Shown in pieces: positions 1-15,297 of a stretch of DNA of 64,000 nt. The notes under the pieces are model-generated. The model ran no database searches. It saw only the letters and a list, made by a program, of their open reading frames with translations, and was not told the DNA's origin. Source of the stretch: Octopus vulgaris (Eukaryota); contig OX597825.1 of assembly GCA_951406725.2 (NCBI GenBank), positions 38,192,001 to 38,256,000 of the forward strand, given 5' to 3'. Position numbers and translations under genes: made by a program. Position 1 is the first letter of the stretch. Each line of letters opens with the position of its first letter.

Positions 1-884
1 CTACTTAATTATTCAGTTTGTTAAATATCTAACCAACTAACTAAACGATCGTTTCTTTAAGGTGTTGGTTACGAATATCAATTGGTTGTTTGTAAAAGTC
101 CTTTCGCCGCTATTCGCGAACACATCACTGATATTTCTTTTCTCTTCAAGGTCAGCCTTGAATCTGTCTAAGAATTAGTCTTGTAACTATCTGTTTGTGT
201 GTTTGTATGTGTGTATGTAGATATGTAGTTGCTTCCAAGAGATAGGAGGGCTGGGATTAAACGAGTGTAACGTGTGTGCACGCGCGTTTTTTCGCGTGTG
301 TGCGTACGTGTATATATGTGTCTGTGCATGTAGTGTGTCAAGTTGTGCGTGGGTACACTCGCGTGCCTATATATCTTTGTGCGCTTGTGAGATGTGTGTC
401 TGAAAAATGTAACGATCCAGTCATACACTGATTCAATTGCTTTTATACGTGTTTACAGAAACATATAACTGGTGACCATCATTGATGTCTCTTCAATGTT
501 AATACATTCTTGTACTGTCGAATGATTAAATATCTTAGATATATTTACATAAACCGTCTCCTACGTTAAGATTTATAGAGAAAGCCATGTACACGCGTAC
601 AATGCATAACAGATACTTATACCTATGTTAACACTCGCACAATATCACACACCTCAGTTATTTTGTTTGCATGTGTTCGCAATTTTGTACCAACTCAAAC
701 GGACACACATGAGTTGAGGTGCAAGATTCCATAATGATTCTGCAAATGTTATGTAACAATATCAGCACACTGCTCTACTCTTAAATTCAAGCCACGTACC
801 GTACTACACCATGTACTAGAGTAGAGAACGAAAGCTATTACTGAACCCGATCTTTGGCTACGTGTCGCACTGCACAGTACCCCC

Positions 885-1075
<191 letters not shown>

Positions 1076-2517
1076 TGTACATATGGATGATTTTGGAGAG
1101 CTTCGTGCCTAAATAGGGGAATGAAAGCTATAGAAGCCTCACAACTGGACGGCACTGCTTGACTAACAAACGTTCCATTAATTCACTGAAGGGAAATGAT
1201 TCGATATCGTAGCAGCTGAATTTATAAGAGCCCACTTGTTCTGAATACCCTATGAAAACACCAAGAAATTGCGAAGTGTATGCAAAAACGTATTCTGAAT
1301 CAATTCGGCATTTGTCAACGTGAGATACGATATAAACTCACATGACTGCAAGAATTTCAACTACGGGAATGTCGGACACACTTATTCACCCCAAAACAAA
1401 GATGGCAAGTGTGTCATGGCTATGAAATGAAATAAAGTAACAATCATTTCAATTCTTGTCTAGCAATTAAGTAAAAGTCTGTCATCTACACTTTCCCATT
1501 TCTCCTTTTTCTTTCTCTCTTTCTTTCTCCATATACTTACATATGCACATACACACACACACACACACGCGCATACGCACATCTACATATACACGTAATA
1601 ATTATTGCCAAAGGAACAAGAAATCACCTACGCAAGCATAGATTAGAAAAATTAACATTTTGATCGTTGTCCAGTAACAGGACAAAATAGTGTAAATGAT
1701 TCATCAATTAATCTAATTACTATAGAATATCTGACAAAGTCTTAATTAATCTGAATATGCTTCAATAATGCAATATTTATTTAATCAGCTTAATTGACAC
1801 GTCATCTATTTAACTATGATTGATTATAACCGTCTTCCTGAAAGGGAAAGATATTAATCATGAATATTCGAACAAGTTAAAGTCACATTAAAATAGATGC
1901 AGTCATATGGCCTTACGACGTATCTTAGTTGCAATCGACAGCGTTGTGGATAGATTACGAGTGAATGAATAATGCTATAAGACCATTAAATATAAGTTCC
2001 AAAGTTTCATATCAACAGTGATTAATACATTATTTCTGTTCGATCTTATTGATATCCATATTCATAAACGATGCTTAATAGAAGACTGTCTATAGGTTAC
2101 CAATAAAGCTTTGGCAGTGTTTCTAGATGCCGCGGATTTCAGCACGTGTTCCAAGTCATCTGTTGGCTATTGCTTGGAAAATGGCGTACGTCAACACACT
2201 ACTTTGTAGATACTTCGTCAGACGTAGAAGCCAATTCGTTTTTAAAACATCTGAATGCTTTGTCTTGACTTCAGTTTGAAAGTGATTATTCCACACATAC
2301 ATGAACTATCAACTCATTGTATAGTCTGAATGAATGTGATACAGTGACAGTCGGAATTGTGAGAGAACTCGAACGCAGTATTTATGCTATATCCTGAAAC
2401 AATGAAAATCAACGTTGATTACAGGTGCGTTTAAATGTGTTTTTGTGTATGATTATGAGTATGAGTGTGTGCTAGCATGTGTGTGTATGTACAAGAGAGA
2501 GAGAGAAGAGAGAGAGA

Positions 2518-2581
<64 letters not shown>

Positions 2582-4829
2582 TACAGAGAGGATGGGGGAG
2601 AACGAGAGGTTGGGAATGAAAGGTCGAGCAGGAAAAATATTACCGCAAGGAATTCTGTCAATCTACCATTGGAAACCAATGAAACAAATTTTATGTTGTT
2701 ATGGCACTGTAATATGTTGAACATGTTTCATAGTAAGAAGTATTTCATAAAAACAAATACATTTTCATATCAAGTGTAGTAGCTGTTGTGATAAAATTTG
2801 ATTGGCAAATTTTACATCGACTATATAATGTTTCGCATAAGCAAGAGAAATGTTGATTCAGAGAAGAATTTTACAATAATGGATAGCATAAATACACTCG
2901 CTAACGTATGATGTATATAAATTTAATATAATGTTCCTGAAATTGATATGAAAGTTATGTAATATCACTTAGTATAGATTTGTAAATTATTCTACGTCTT
3001 CATTTATCTACATATTGTCACAAGTGGCGTTTACAGAATATGTTTATATCAACAAGATATATTACTGAACAAGATTAAATAATGGCATATGAACATCTTA
3101 ATCGATTAGAATTAAATAAAGAAAAATTAGATTCATTTAGATGATAAACGCTTATCTAAGATAAATATATTTTGAATAGTATTGTTTAAAAAATCACAAA
3201 CAATATTAATATTTATGGCATTTATTACAAAGGCTCTGAGTATCACATTCTGATGAAAATAAATTTATCTTCACCGCATATATATATTCTTGCTTATACT
3301 TTTCTAGTATCTGTACATAAATATGTATACATACACAGACACACATATATGTGTGAATCATTGAATGTATTTATCTATTACCTGGAGTAAAACTTATATT
3401 TCTATGAAATTAGTAGAATATAAATTTTACTTAACTTGTTTTCACGATAACATCATTTTAAAAACAACAGTTAATTTCGGACTGATTTTTTCGAAATAGT
3501 GATGTAATATATAACGATATTAAATATGATCAAATCATTCAAAGGGTAACCCTCCTGATTTTAAGGTGAGTAAGATACTTTTTCATGTATTCGTCTTTAC
3601 AGAACGGTGTTTGCTGAGATCTAAGGGGCGTTAGGTTTTCAGGTCATTGGTGACTAATCAGAGAGCATAACCACACATCATTTAGAAAAATAATTATTTT
3701 GGATAACTAGCTGAATACAAATCGAAATGGTCCCCACGTACATCGGCAGATGAACACAATGGTCTCATGTGTGTCGATTGCCATAACCGTATATATCAGC
3801 ACATTAAATAAGTACATTAGATATATGCATGCTTGTATTTATTTATGCTGTCCATTTATTCAAATGAAGTGTGGATAGAATACATACTTTCATCTTTGCA
3901 ACTTAAAAATTACTGGTTGAAAATCAATGGAAATTATGGATGAAGGTGGTCAACATACCGTCATGCTAGGCTACAATCCATGATGCAGAATTTATATCGG
4001 GAATATTTTTGAAGGCCTTCATACACAATAAGAAGTGTGGTATATTGTGATCTGGAGACCACTTCAGCCATTTTGACAATCTTCTGTTTCTTCATACAAT
4101 CTCATTGACTCTTAATAAGTGTGAAACCCATTCTCTCTTAAAATTATAATGACCTGTTCTAGCATTAGTGTACACAGTTTCAGATTACCTGATACATAAG
4201 TTCATCATCTCGCAGCCAAGTTCAAATAGTCTTCAGAAGTGATTTAGGTACTCCATACATCTCCGAAAATGAAACACTGAACCTACGTATTGTGTATTAT
4301 AGGCAGGAGAAGTTATACTTGCCCTCGTCAAATATCAGCAACTCTTATTGTACTGATGCATAGCTGCACAAGGTTATTTCTTCTTGATAGTAAATGCAGC
4401 AATTATTTTATTGTAGTAGCAGCGAGGGAATCATACTTCGGAGAATGACATGTACTTCGTTGCATGCAAACACATAGGAGCAAATTTATCGTCTGGAAAA
4501 AGTGCGATTCTTTGGCACCCTTCCTTATCCAATGGACGGTGCTGAGTTGTCAAACATTTAAACCAAATCTTCTCAAAACAACTAGTCCGACCATCGCATA
4601 AGCCTCTCCTTTGAGAAACACTGATTTAACCTAAATTTGAGACACCAGCAAAACAAGAAATAAAGATAGACTTGTTTCTATTCCAAAGAAAAACGATTTT
4701 ATTCACACAAATATGCAACAGAAGATTTTAAAGTACAAGTAATGATAAGGCTGTTGACTGGGAGAACACAAACATGGTTTAAATAGTAAGCTTGGCAGGA
4801 AAGAAACGTGCCTTTAAACAGTACAAAAC

Positions 4830-5082
4830 AACGTGCATTTTTCTCGCGTACACCTTGTATCGATCGCAACAGCTGATGTACTTGCACGTACAAATGCACG
4901 TTCCCACGGCTTTATCGATCGCATTCTAACCTGGAATCGATTTTTGTAATTTTTTCAAGACTTATACACACCCTGATACCGTCGGTATCTACATATCAAA
5001 TTTGAGCACAATCAGATGGAGGATGCCCGAGACCCTAGAAGACACGCACGCAGACAGACAGAACAGATTTTATATAATAGAT
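4830..5082 (-). mobile_element. Helitron/Helentron-like non-autonomous element end (opposite orientation)
   Basis: ACATATCAAATTTGAGCACAATCAGATG...CAGACAGACAGA...TTTTATATAATAGAT, the reverse complement of an ATCTATTATATAAAA terminus; left boundary uncertain. Confidence 0.5.
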
Positions 5083-5344
5083 AAAAGTGGGAATGTCTGT
5101 CTGTGTGAATGTGTGCATCATTAAACCTCGAGAACTACGAAACGGATTTCATAGAAATTTTACACATGCCTTACTTAGGGTGCAAGCGGTGTCATTGGCC
5201 AACAAAAATGTTCAAATTCTTGCCTAATGCGCGATGCCGGAGGTATCTCTTAACTCTTTCATATATATATATATATATATATATCTGTGTGTGTGTGTAT
5301 GTATGTATATATAAAATGTATATATGCATGTATACATGTGTGTT

Positions 5345-5399
<55 letters not shown>

Positions 5400-5465
5400 A
5401 TATATGTGTATGTATATCAATGTGTATATATATATACATATTTGTATATATGGGTATATATATGC

Positions 5466-5558
<93 letters not shown>

Positions 5559-5904
5559 TGTATTATAGCCTGACGCCTTTCAAACTCTTGTGAGAGGATT
5601 TCCTACACGAAAACTGAAAGAACAATATCGTATGTATGTGTATATGTGTGTGTGTGTGTGTCTGTGTTTGTACCCCTATCATTGCTTGACAACCGATGTT
5701 GCTGGCTTTACGTTCCCATAACTTAGCGTTTCAGCAAAGGCAGTGATTGAATAAATACTAGGCTTACAAAGAATAAATTCTCTGGTCGATTTTTGTGACC
5801 AAATGTGGTACTCCAGCATGGCCGATGTCACATGACTGAAACAAGTAAAGCAATAAAAAATCTATGACATTTTAATCCTGAGCAAGACCGGGTATCTCTG
5901 CTAC
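5071..5904 (+). mobile_element. Non-autonomous Helitron-like element carrying nested microsatellites and a SINE
   Basis: 5' TATATAATAGATAAAAGTGGGAATGTCTGTCTGT...AACTACGAAACGGATTTCATAGAAATTT typical of animal non-autonomous Helitrons; 3' degenerate hairpin CCTGAGCAAGACCGGG followed by TATCTCTGCTAC (CTAG-like end). Confidence 0.6.
5561..5858 (+). mobile_element. SINE family 1, 5'-truncated diverged copy
   Basis: Matches the body and tail of 18825-19225 (ATTGCTTGACAACCGATG...CTCCAGCATGGCC...TGACTGAAACAAGTAAA). Confidence 0.85.
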
Positions 5905-6049
5905 CATATATGTATTTACATAGGTACACTCAGAGAAATGTCAAATAAATATTCTTTTATGCCACGATTCCTGCCTGACAAATGTATTAAATGATTTAAA
6001 CAGAAGCTCATTATATGTGTGTTCCAGTGTTTTCGTATATATGTATCTG

Positions 6050-7400
6050 TAAGTGGTTTTAGGAAGAACTAGTTAATACACATAACACAACCATATTTGA
6101 AGTACAATAAAAACCATTAATGGGGTTTCAGAGTAGTAAGTGTAGTAGAAAAACTTATCAACTTCAATTTAGTGACGAAAATATAAATTATATGTGATTA
6201 CTGTGTAACCATGTTAGTGGTGCTAACTTACGAAAAGAAAGTGAAAGTACACTAAATAGCTGAGTTATAAAGATAATGTAAGAAAAGGGGATGCAGAGAC
6301 TAAGAATTTTGTCTTAGAGTGTTACTGATGTTTGTAAGTGTATAGTGTCCTTTGGGTAATTTGGAGAGATATTCCCTGATAATTGATGAAGTTGAGACGT
6401 ATATCAATTGATGAAGTTGAGACGTGTCTACAGCATATATAGAACAACAAAATAATTCTAAATGAAATATTTCCAAAGATTAACTGATTACCTTAGTGAA
6501 GCAGAATCGATTATTTTCAATTCAAAGAGAATTACTAAGATGATAAGAAAGTTCTATAATGGAATAGATTTGAACTGTTTAATAAAATATGTATTCTGTT
6601 ATGGTATGCATAATGATTAACTTTGTAAATAGTTACCTAGAATCGAAAGGTGTTGGGAAAGCTCTCTCATGTATTATAGAGGAAGATACTTGGGTAGAAA
6701 TTATTAGTGTAATTATATTTATATTAATATTTAAAGTTTTCTTGCTGCTTAGTCGTTCAATCATCAATAAATTTTGTATCGATGAACAGAGCTTTTATGG
6801 CAAAGATCATATATGTGAGAACTGGAGGAGCATATATAGTGGCGCGAAAAGTATATCGGTTATCTAATGTAACATTTCGATGTATGATGTAAAATGTAAG
6901 ATGGACAACGGTGCACTTTTCAAAAGGGAAATGTTAAAGGTTAATTACCATAGATTTCGTATACACTTTAGATGTTGTATAAAAAAGGTCAGCAAAATGG
7001 GAAAAGTAGGTATAGCTAAATTAATATTAAATATAGAAAACAGGAAGACATATGTGTAGGTGCTACAAGGAAATATTTGAAATCTAATGGAATTTTTGGA
7101 AGTACATGGCAAAACGTAAGACGTAACACTAATTTCCACTCAATAATTTAGCGAGTAGTTGCTTTAAGTTTGCCAAATAGAATAATATAATGAACTGTTA
7201 TGAATTTACTGGACTCTATGAAACATAAGGTGAATATTAGAAATGAAAGAAGAGGCTAAGTATAATGTATTTAGTCAAAAATGATTATTTAAATGTGTCT
7301 CGCTTTAATATCTCTTTGGTTATGATGTATGTGAAAAGAATAGCAAGTATAGCAAGACAACTAATGAGAGATGTTGAATGTCGAATGCCTATTAATGCAA
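6050..7400 (-). mobile_element. Highly decayed LINE ORF2 remnant
   Basis: NYQGISL (NYRGISL-like) at ~6363-6385, followed by PLMVFI near 6120; boundaries uncertain. Confidence 0.3.
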
Positions 7401-8019
7401 AATGTTTTTAAGTGTGTTATTCAAACAAATATAAAATTTGGTGCAAGACAATCAATTAAAGTTCTTACTAAAACAATTCTACAAATTTTACAATCTTGAC
7501 AGTTCACGAAATTGTTCAGTCTAATAATACCGTTTAATACGAAATTCTACAGCATAATATAGTCGTTAAATTAATTTTATATATACAAATGAAATTTCAA
7601 TATCATGAAACAACAAGGATAAATTTTACGGTATTTCTAACAGTCAAGACCGCATGTATCAGATAAAGATGCTAAACAAATTCACCGAAAAATCTGAGTG
7701 AAGTAAAAGAAACATGACTTAGCTTTTGTTCATTTCTACAATTATCAGTAAATCGCAAGTGCAAATAAAAAAAGATATTCAGTAAACACTCCATATGTCT
7801 ACCTACGTCATTGTGTATAAATGGAAAATATGAAGGATCCAATTATGAACAACATATCAAGCTGTTTGAGATTTTAGAAATAATATATGCTTGATGGAAC
7901 GTACTGTCTGGTTCTTCTGCACTTTAGTCTTGAAGGGAAAATATATATATATATACAAGCATGCATACATACATATATACACACACATATATATGTATAT
8001 ACATACATACATAACCCCC

Positions 8020-8108
<89 letters not shown>

Positions 8109-9552
8109 GATATTTCACAGAGAAACTAATGCTTGGAAATACGTTAGCGATATAATTTATGACTGCCTCAGTCAAAACAACTGAGCTGAATTCTCGAACT
8201 TGCTACTGCTCTTCAAAGACATCAATTATTAATACATCATTATTTTATTTCCAACTCATAAACGAAACGGGATTAACTTTTATATTGTAATGAATTTAGC
8301 TTGGTACATTACTGTCTAGGCATTCTAAAATCTCTAAAGACATATTCAAAGAGAGAAAACGAACAATAAACAGAAAACGAAAAAGAAAGAAAATATATGA
8401 TGGAAATGTGATTTTCACACGTCTGATAGATTTATTAAAATGATGTTTATTGAATACGGTGAAAATAACAAATAAATTAAATCATTAATTGATTATGCTG
8501 CATATTTAATTTCAAAGCAAATCATATGACAAAAGACAAAGTAAGAAAACCAATAATACATGAAAGGATAAAAATAAACAACAAGTGATGCTCTCATGTG
8601 GAAGATACAAAGAATTTATAATAATAATGCAGTTAAAGAGTTTCTAGTTTTTAAAAAATAAATGAACGTATACAGTTGTATGAATGAATACGCATAGATA
8701 TATCGCAATAAAAAGATTACTTTCTCACCCATGCATGTATATATCTGTGTGTGTGAGTGTGTTTGTGAGCGTGTGTGTCTGGTAAACCCTAGATTTATAT
8801 ATATTCAGATAATTGATAAAGTGGCGAAAGCAATCTGAAAAGATAGCGAGTCAGCTCTGTCTCCTATCGAGGTGTTTTATTATCGTTGACGTTGAACCAT
8901 ACGTTCAGAGTACACTAAATGAGCATTTTAGACTGATCTCAAATGGTAAATGTGTTGCACATATACATGAATCACACGGAAAAATATTTTCTACCACATT
9001 TACAAAATATTGTAGTGATAGTTCTAAGGCAGCATAGTAGTTTGTTATAATTTCGTATATATGGTCGGGTTGAGCGATATTACAGCGACTGCAGATCAAA
9101 GTCAAATGAAAATACTTTTGTTCACATTCGAGTACTTATTACATTTTACATCGCACACTAACATATTTGCAGATTTTCCGCCATGTTAATACTTTCCCAG
9201 ATTATCGGATTTCGCCTTTGCGGTAATTGTATGGTATGGCAATTAACTTCGGCTATTAAGTTGTATAATTTTCTTCTTGAATTTTAAGGCTTCAAAATCA
9301 ACAAATTTCTACGTGATGCTTTAGTTGAGATGAAAGTAGCGAGCCAGTTAAAAAACTGTCGTGATGATTGATTGATAGAACGATACATACATACATACTT
9401 GCATGCATATATATTTTAACACTCATTAATTTTGAAGAAGGTGCCGAAAAATTATATATTCGTTATACTTGTTCTCCTAGGGAACACCTTCAGTATAAGG
9501 GTGTTGACCAACATGGGAATATTTTCGTAAATAAAACTTACTTATATACACT

Positions 9553-9805
<253 letters not shown>

Positions 9806-9814
9806 GCAACAATA

Positions 9815-9955
9815 AAAAATACCTGAAGAATGAGAACCCAGGTTCGAAATTTCCCCAAGACTCCTGATGAAGGCTGGAGGGTATATCAAACGAAACGTTG
9901 TGTTAACAAACACGATGAGGACACATATCCGTCAAATGCAAATAATGTAAATGAT
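9815..9955 (+). mobile_element. Short hammerhead-bearing PLE-derived element, family A
   Basis: ~140 bp homologous to 37430-37570 (minus); preceded by (AAT)n. Confidence 0.75.
9859..9904 (+). ncRNA. Minimal type I hammerhead, family A (stems I and II mutated)
   Basis: GACTC-CTGATGA-A-GGCTGGAGGGTATATCAAAC-GAAACGTT-GTGTT; homologous to 37477-37522. Confidence 0.72.
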
Positions 9956-10090
9956 GTCAATAAAGACACCACTAAATATGCGTTTAACTATATATCTATA
10001 ATTAATATGGACAAATCATCAACGACTGAACAGGCAACCCCACCAAGCTTAATCGGTACGGACGAAAAATAAGACTTGTGAAAAGGCAGA

Positions 10091-10160
<70 letters not shown>

Positions 10161-10569
10161 ATGTGTGTGTGTGTGTGTGTTTGTGTGTATAACGTACTGT
10201 TCTGTGATAGAAATGTACTCCATCTGGTGAGCTTTAGATATTATATATTTAAATGACACAATACATATGCTGAGTAACCTCAAATTATTTTTCAGGCGCA
10301 AACCGCATTTCATAACGTACCAAAAAACATGAATAATAGAAGAAACGTGAAAAACTGAGAATGCAGTACTTAGAAAACGCAGTCAGTACGCAAGAGTAAA
10401 CCAAAAACAGAAAAATGAAAATGAAAACAGAAAAAAACTAAATCGTAAAAAGAAAAAAGGAAAAAGGGTAAAGGAACTATCCTCCTTAGACCTTAAAAGA
10501 CAAGGTTGGAAATATATCAAAGTCAGTCAGGAATAGGCGGAATTTTTCCAATTCTTCAAAATATACGTA

Positions 10570-11175
10570 TACATATGCAAGCAAACAATGAAAATTTCTG
10601 ACCTGGATTTCAGCAGAGTTGGGCATCTTAGATTTCAAGAAAATCTGTTCTCTTTCAGCCTAACAATGTCTACATTTATTTGATCCATTCACATAAGATA
10701 TGGATTTCACAATTACTTTCCATTTAACCACATGCGGTGTTTCGTTATCTTTTGAAGTCCATACGTAGCTAGCCAACTTAGTAGGTTTACTTTCATCTCT
10801 ATGTCGGAAGGAGGCTAAGTGATTGGCATAGCGATATTTGAATTCAATTTCACAGCATCCATTATAGGTTTTCTTATCATCTGCATTATTATTTAGGGTT
10901 GCAGTAATTCCTACCTCATATATGATAGATTTAGTCATAAATCGTTGGACAGTTGCAATTGGATTTAGGCTCTTGGCATTAACCGCGTGTAATGATAATC
11001 TTGATATTCGGGAAGCAGCTCTATGATAACTTGACAGAGCACCTTATATATTTTTCTGAATTTGTGAGTGCTTGTCTGTTAGTGTTCGTCTGTGGAAAGT
11101 GTTTGTCTAGACGAGACAGGAATATTTTACCAGTGTTAGTTTTTATATTAAGGGAAACGGGAGGGTCGAAACAAA
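10570..11175 (-). mobile_element. Penelope-like retroelement 3' fragment (thumb/linker + GIY-YIG endonuclease), decayed
   Basis: FDPPVSLNIKTNTGKIFLSRLDKHFP (WFNPPYS..VKTNIG..FL..IDKHFP-like), SCFPNIK, SIIYEV...KTYNGCCEIEFKYRYANHLASF...TKLASYVW...KWKVIVKSISYVNGSNKCRHC*AERE, typical of PLE C-termini; stops and frameshifts. Confidence 0.85.
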
Positions 11176-11733
11176 TTTTATATATATATGTATGTATAGA
11201 TGTGTGTGTGAGTGTAAATAAATGCATATATGTACATCTATGTATATATGTGAGTGTATGTGTGTGTACAAGCATTCGTGTGTATGTGTAGATCAATTGA
11301 TAAATATATACGTATGTAGATGACATATTTTAATACTCAAATGATAAGATACAATATCAAATTTTATGTGATTGAAAATATTAAAGGTTTTCAATGAATT
11401 TGCATTATGTATTATTCTGTATTTCATATGAACTTAGCAATTTAAGATCATGTTTATTTTGAATAATTTGTTCGGACATTTTAAAGCCCTGAACGAATTA
11501 TTTATATTTACGTAGACTAACTGTTAGTGAAAATTTATACGAAACAATTTATTGAATAAGCTGCAAAACTAGTTCTTGACATTCTCTGTGTCTCTTTCCA
11601 TCTTGATCTTCTTTCTTTCTCTCTCTCTCTCTATCTATCTATCATTCTATCGATATTGTGCGCATGTATCATAAATGCCTATGTCTATACACTGGCATAT
11701 GCATACATTCATATGTATGTGTGTATATATGTA

Positions 11734-11780
<47 letters not shown>

Positions 11781-13424
11781 TTATATATACATATACTTAT
11801 ATGCATATATATTTACAAACACACTCGGTCACATAGGCACACTCCTCCCGTAAGGTGTGTGTGTGTGTGTGAGACACTGAGATATATGCAAACTGATAGA
11901 GATAGACGAGAGAGATAGGAATAGTGGTAAATGATTAAATATAATAAGCATCCCAACTACCGTAATTTCTATATCTACTTTTTATTTTAACTATTGTGGA
12001 AAGCTAAAAGTAAGCTTCCGTCATGCAATCACTGAAATTGCTTTGAGAATTGTATCTAGCTTGGTTTTCGTTTTTTATTAACCTTTCTGTATCACAGAGT
12101 TTTCGAAATGGAAATCAATTATGGAAAGTTGTTTGGAAATCAAATATTTAGGAATTGCTATCTTCGCATATTGTTGAATTGGATAAAATAAAAATACCAC
12201 GTAAGAGTGTGAGATTAAAATGGTGAACAATATATTTTAGCCATTTACTAGTTTCCTGCCACATATCACACTGGTGGTGCTTTGGGATAATTGAAATATT
12301 TCGGTTAAATGTTCACGCTTCATAGGCAATGATTTTATCATGTGAAATGGAACGACGTCAGGTAGGTTGATACCATTTGTTCATCGGAACTAGACAAATC
12401 TCTAGTGTTTATTGTAAAATACTATTCGAGCATGTAGACATTCTCAATGGAAATGTATCTCACTTATATTAAATATATCAGTGTCAAAGCAGAAACGTTA
12501 TTCTGTAAATTTAGATCAGTTTGTCAAAGTGTGTAATCGGAGAATATATATCATTACTCTGAAATGTTGATGAGGTATATTTACAAACTATAATGCATAC
12601 GTACGATGGTTTAATTATATATTTATCTAAAACATTTATTGTATTTTTCCTTCTATTATGGCGACTCATATGATGAGTCATTATTCTAGCAGCTACAAGT
12701 ATATAGGTTACGGATTGACTCCTGTCATGTTAGCCACCACATTTTAAATTATATTTACTGTTTTCATATGTTGGTTATTCCTGTTGCTTGTGAGACTCAG
12801 TTATTAAGTAGTTCCATGACCAAAGTCATTCCTTTTATGAAAACCTGTACTTTTTCAAACAGATATACAACATGAGGTCTTTGATTTAAAACTGGAGCGT
12901 ATCATATGATGAATCTTTTCTATCTATTTCTAATCTCTACTCAGTAATTTCCTCAGCTGTTAAAATTATTTCTAAATACAATGAACTGCATGCTTATTTA
13001 AGTGATGTGGCATTATTAGATTTCACAACTAGCACGTTCTAAACCATTTCTTATATTCCTTATCCCGTATGGTTAACCATAGCAATCAAATAAAACATCT
13101 AGCAAATCATAATATTTATATTTTTTTTTGTTTCACCATAAATGATTGAACTGCACTCTACATTAATTCCTGTGAAAACCAACTATATTTTACATATTGT
13201 ATCTTTTAGAAGGTGTCTATTCAACTTGATATCAGTATTACAGACTAATTATCCGTAGAGAATATTTCAAGGAAGAGTACCAATGTAAACTGTACTGTTT
13301 GTCCAGTAGATAATGTAGTTCCAGTATTTTATCTTTAAATCCTTCAAATACATTTGGAGGTAGCAATAGTAAGAACACAGTATAGAATTACGAGTTTGCA
13401 TTTTTGATAAGAGTAATCTGTCAA

Positions 13425-13770
13425 GAAGGATACCCACACAGAAATATATGTAGGAATTTAAAATAGCAATTAGCGTTAACGTAAAGGTTCTCTAAATCGA
13501 ACATAGTCACATTAATTCTACATAAAAATTTGAGGAAAATTCTTATTCATACGTTTTCATTTGTAATTTTGATTGAGTCTGATATTTATCATAAGTGCAA
13601 TCCGTCAAATGCGAAGAGGGTTACCTGACCGAAATATATCTATGAATTTAAAATAGCAATCGGTGTTTACATAAAGGCTCTCCAATTTGCACATACTTAC
13701 ATTAAGTCTACACTGAAATTTGATAAAAATTCTTATTCATAACTTTTCATTCATTTGTACATTGATTGGT
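13425..13770 (+). repeat. Diverged ~190 bp tandem duplication (2 copies)
   Basis: GAAATATAT.TA.GAATTTAAAATAGCAAT...AAATTTGA..AAAATTCTTATTCATA at ~13441 and ~13631. Confidence 0.85.
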
Positions 13771-14440
13771 GTATATGTAGTAAGTTGAATTAATTGGATC
13801 GTGCTGCTAACTGAAAATAAGAAGTATAAATTAATAAATTATTTGTCCCAGAAACTGCCGCCGCAGCCAGACTGCGTTCGTGAGCAATTTCAATCAATAC
13901 CAAAGAAAATATATGTTAACGGTGCAACTATTGTTCTAAGCAACTTCCGCAGTGGCGTTCTAATCACACTTAGAAAATATTTCTTCATTACGTTGCCTCA
14001 CAAATTTATTCACCTTGCGAGTTATGACTTCTACCCACATTTTCTGTACAAATAATTTATTTTGCGGTGCTTTGCTACCCAAGTGTGAATTATATTCTAA
14101 GGCATTACTGACTTGGTATTCAATTATTGATTACTCTAATAATATATAGATTCCTTATTCAGACAAATTATTCTCTGATTGTGTAGATACTTGTGATATT
14201 GCACATGTAGTGGAATGCCTCGTTTTAACATTGCCTTCGTTGGAGTTCAATAAGCGATTGGGAAAGAAACAAGGTTGACACCTTTATGTAGTGATTATGC
14301 AGTTGTTGAAATATTTCATATATTATCGAATATATATATGTCGATAAAATTGTGCTGGACCGTGAAATAATCTCCTAAATGGAAATGAAGGTGTAATTAT
14401 AAATTTAATTGATATTAGATGGACAACAAACGAATGTCAT

Positions 14441-14492
<52 letters not shown>

Positions 14493-15049
14493 TATATGTT
14501 CGTGTGTGTGTGTATGCATGTATATATATATATATATATAGATAGATAGATATGCATGTATTTGTATATTCAAATCTATATTTCTCTTTCTCTCTCACTC
14601 TTTGTCTCTGTATATATATATAATTAAAATTCAGTTGAATTAGGTACTTAATTTGAAGCAGCAAGTCAGTCTGGTATTATCAGCACAGCTCGACATAAGG
14701 GGAGTAAAATAAATAAAAAAAACAATAGGACATCAAGTATTAATGCTCTAGGGCAGTTTCGAGCGGCCCAATTTAAATGCATTGCTATCTCCAGCTATAA
14801 AAATATAGAAGAGTTTTAACAATTAGCGCACATTAATATAATTTTCTTCAAATATTCTAACACAGTAAGAAGATAGCTATTGTTGGAAAGTGGCTAAAAT
14901 AGACTACAATTTCATAGAAACACATGGAGCATAGTGGGGCCATAGAGTTTTAGGAGTTGTAATTCATTTCTAATTTGTTTATCTCTTAGTTACAACTATC
15001 AGCTCGTTTTGCTAGATTTCTGATGTGTAAACTTGTGTTGAAACAGATA

Positions 15050-15110
15050 TTGTTGTACTTCGGGATGGTAATTTTAGTTATTATTATTTTTTTTGCCAAA
15101 TAAACACAAG

Positions 15111-15147
<37 letters not shown>

Positions 15148-15154
15148 TATATAT

Positions 15155-15232
<78 letters not shown>

Positions 15233-15297
15233 TGTGCTTATTTGGCAAACATTAATAAATAGGAAATAAATAAATAAAATGACCATCTCGAAGTACA

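Noticed and set aside
44-57. AAACGATCGTTTC palindrome resembling family C stem III
   Set aside because: No CTGANGA core or stems at the proper distance
6381-6426. 26-bp-period duplication of AATTGATGAAGTTGAGACGT
   Set aside because: Simple slippage duplication inside a decayed element
9822-9852. Second apparent hammerhead CTGAAGA...GAACCCAGGTTC-GAAA
   Set aside because: The homologous copy at 37530-37560 reads CTTAGAAA...GTTCAAAA, and no stem I partner exists; likely coincidental
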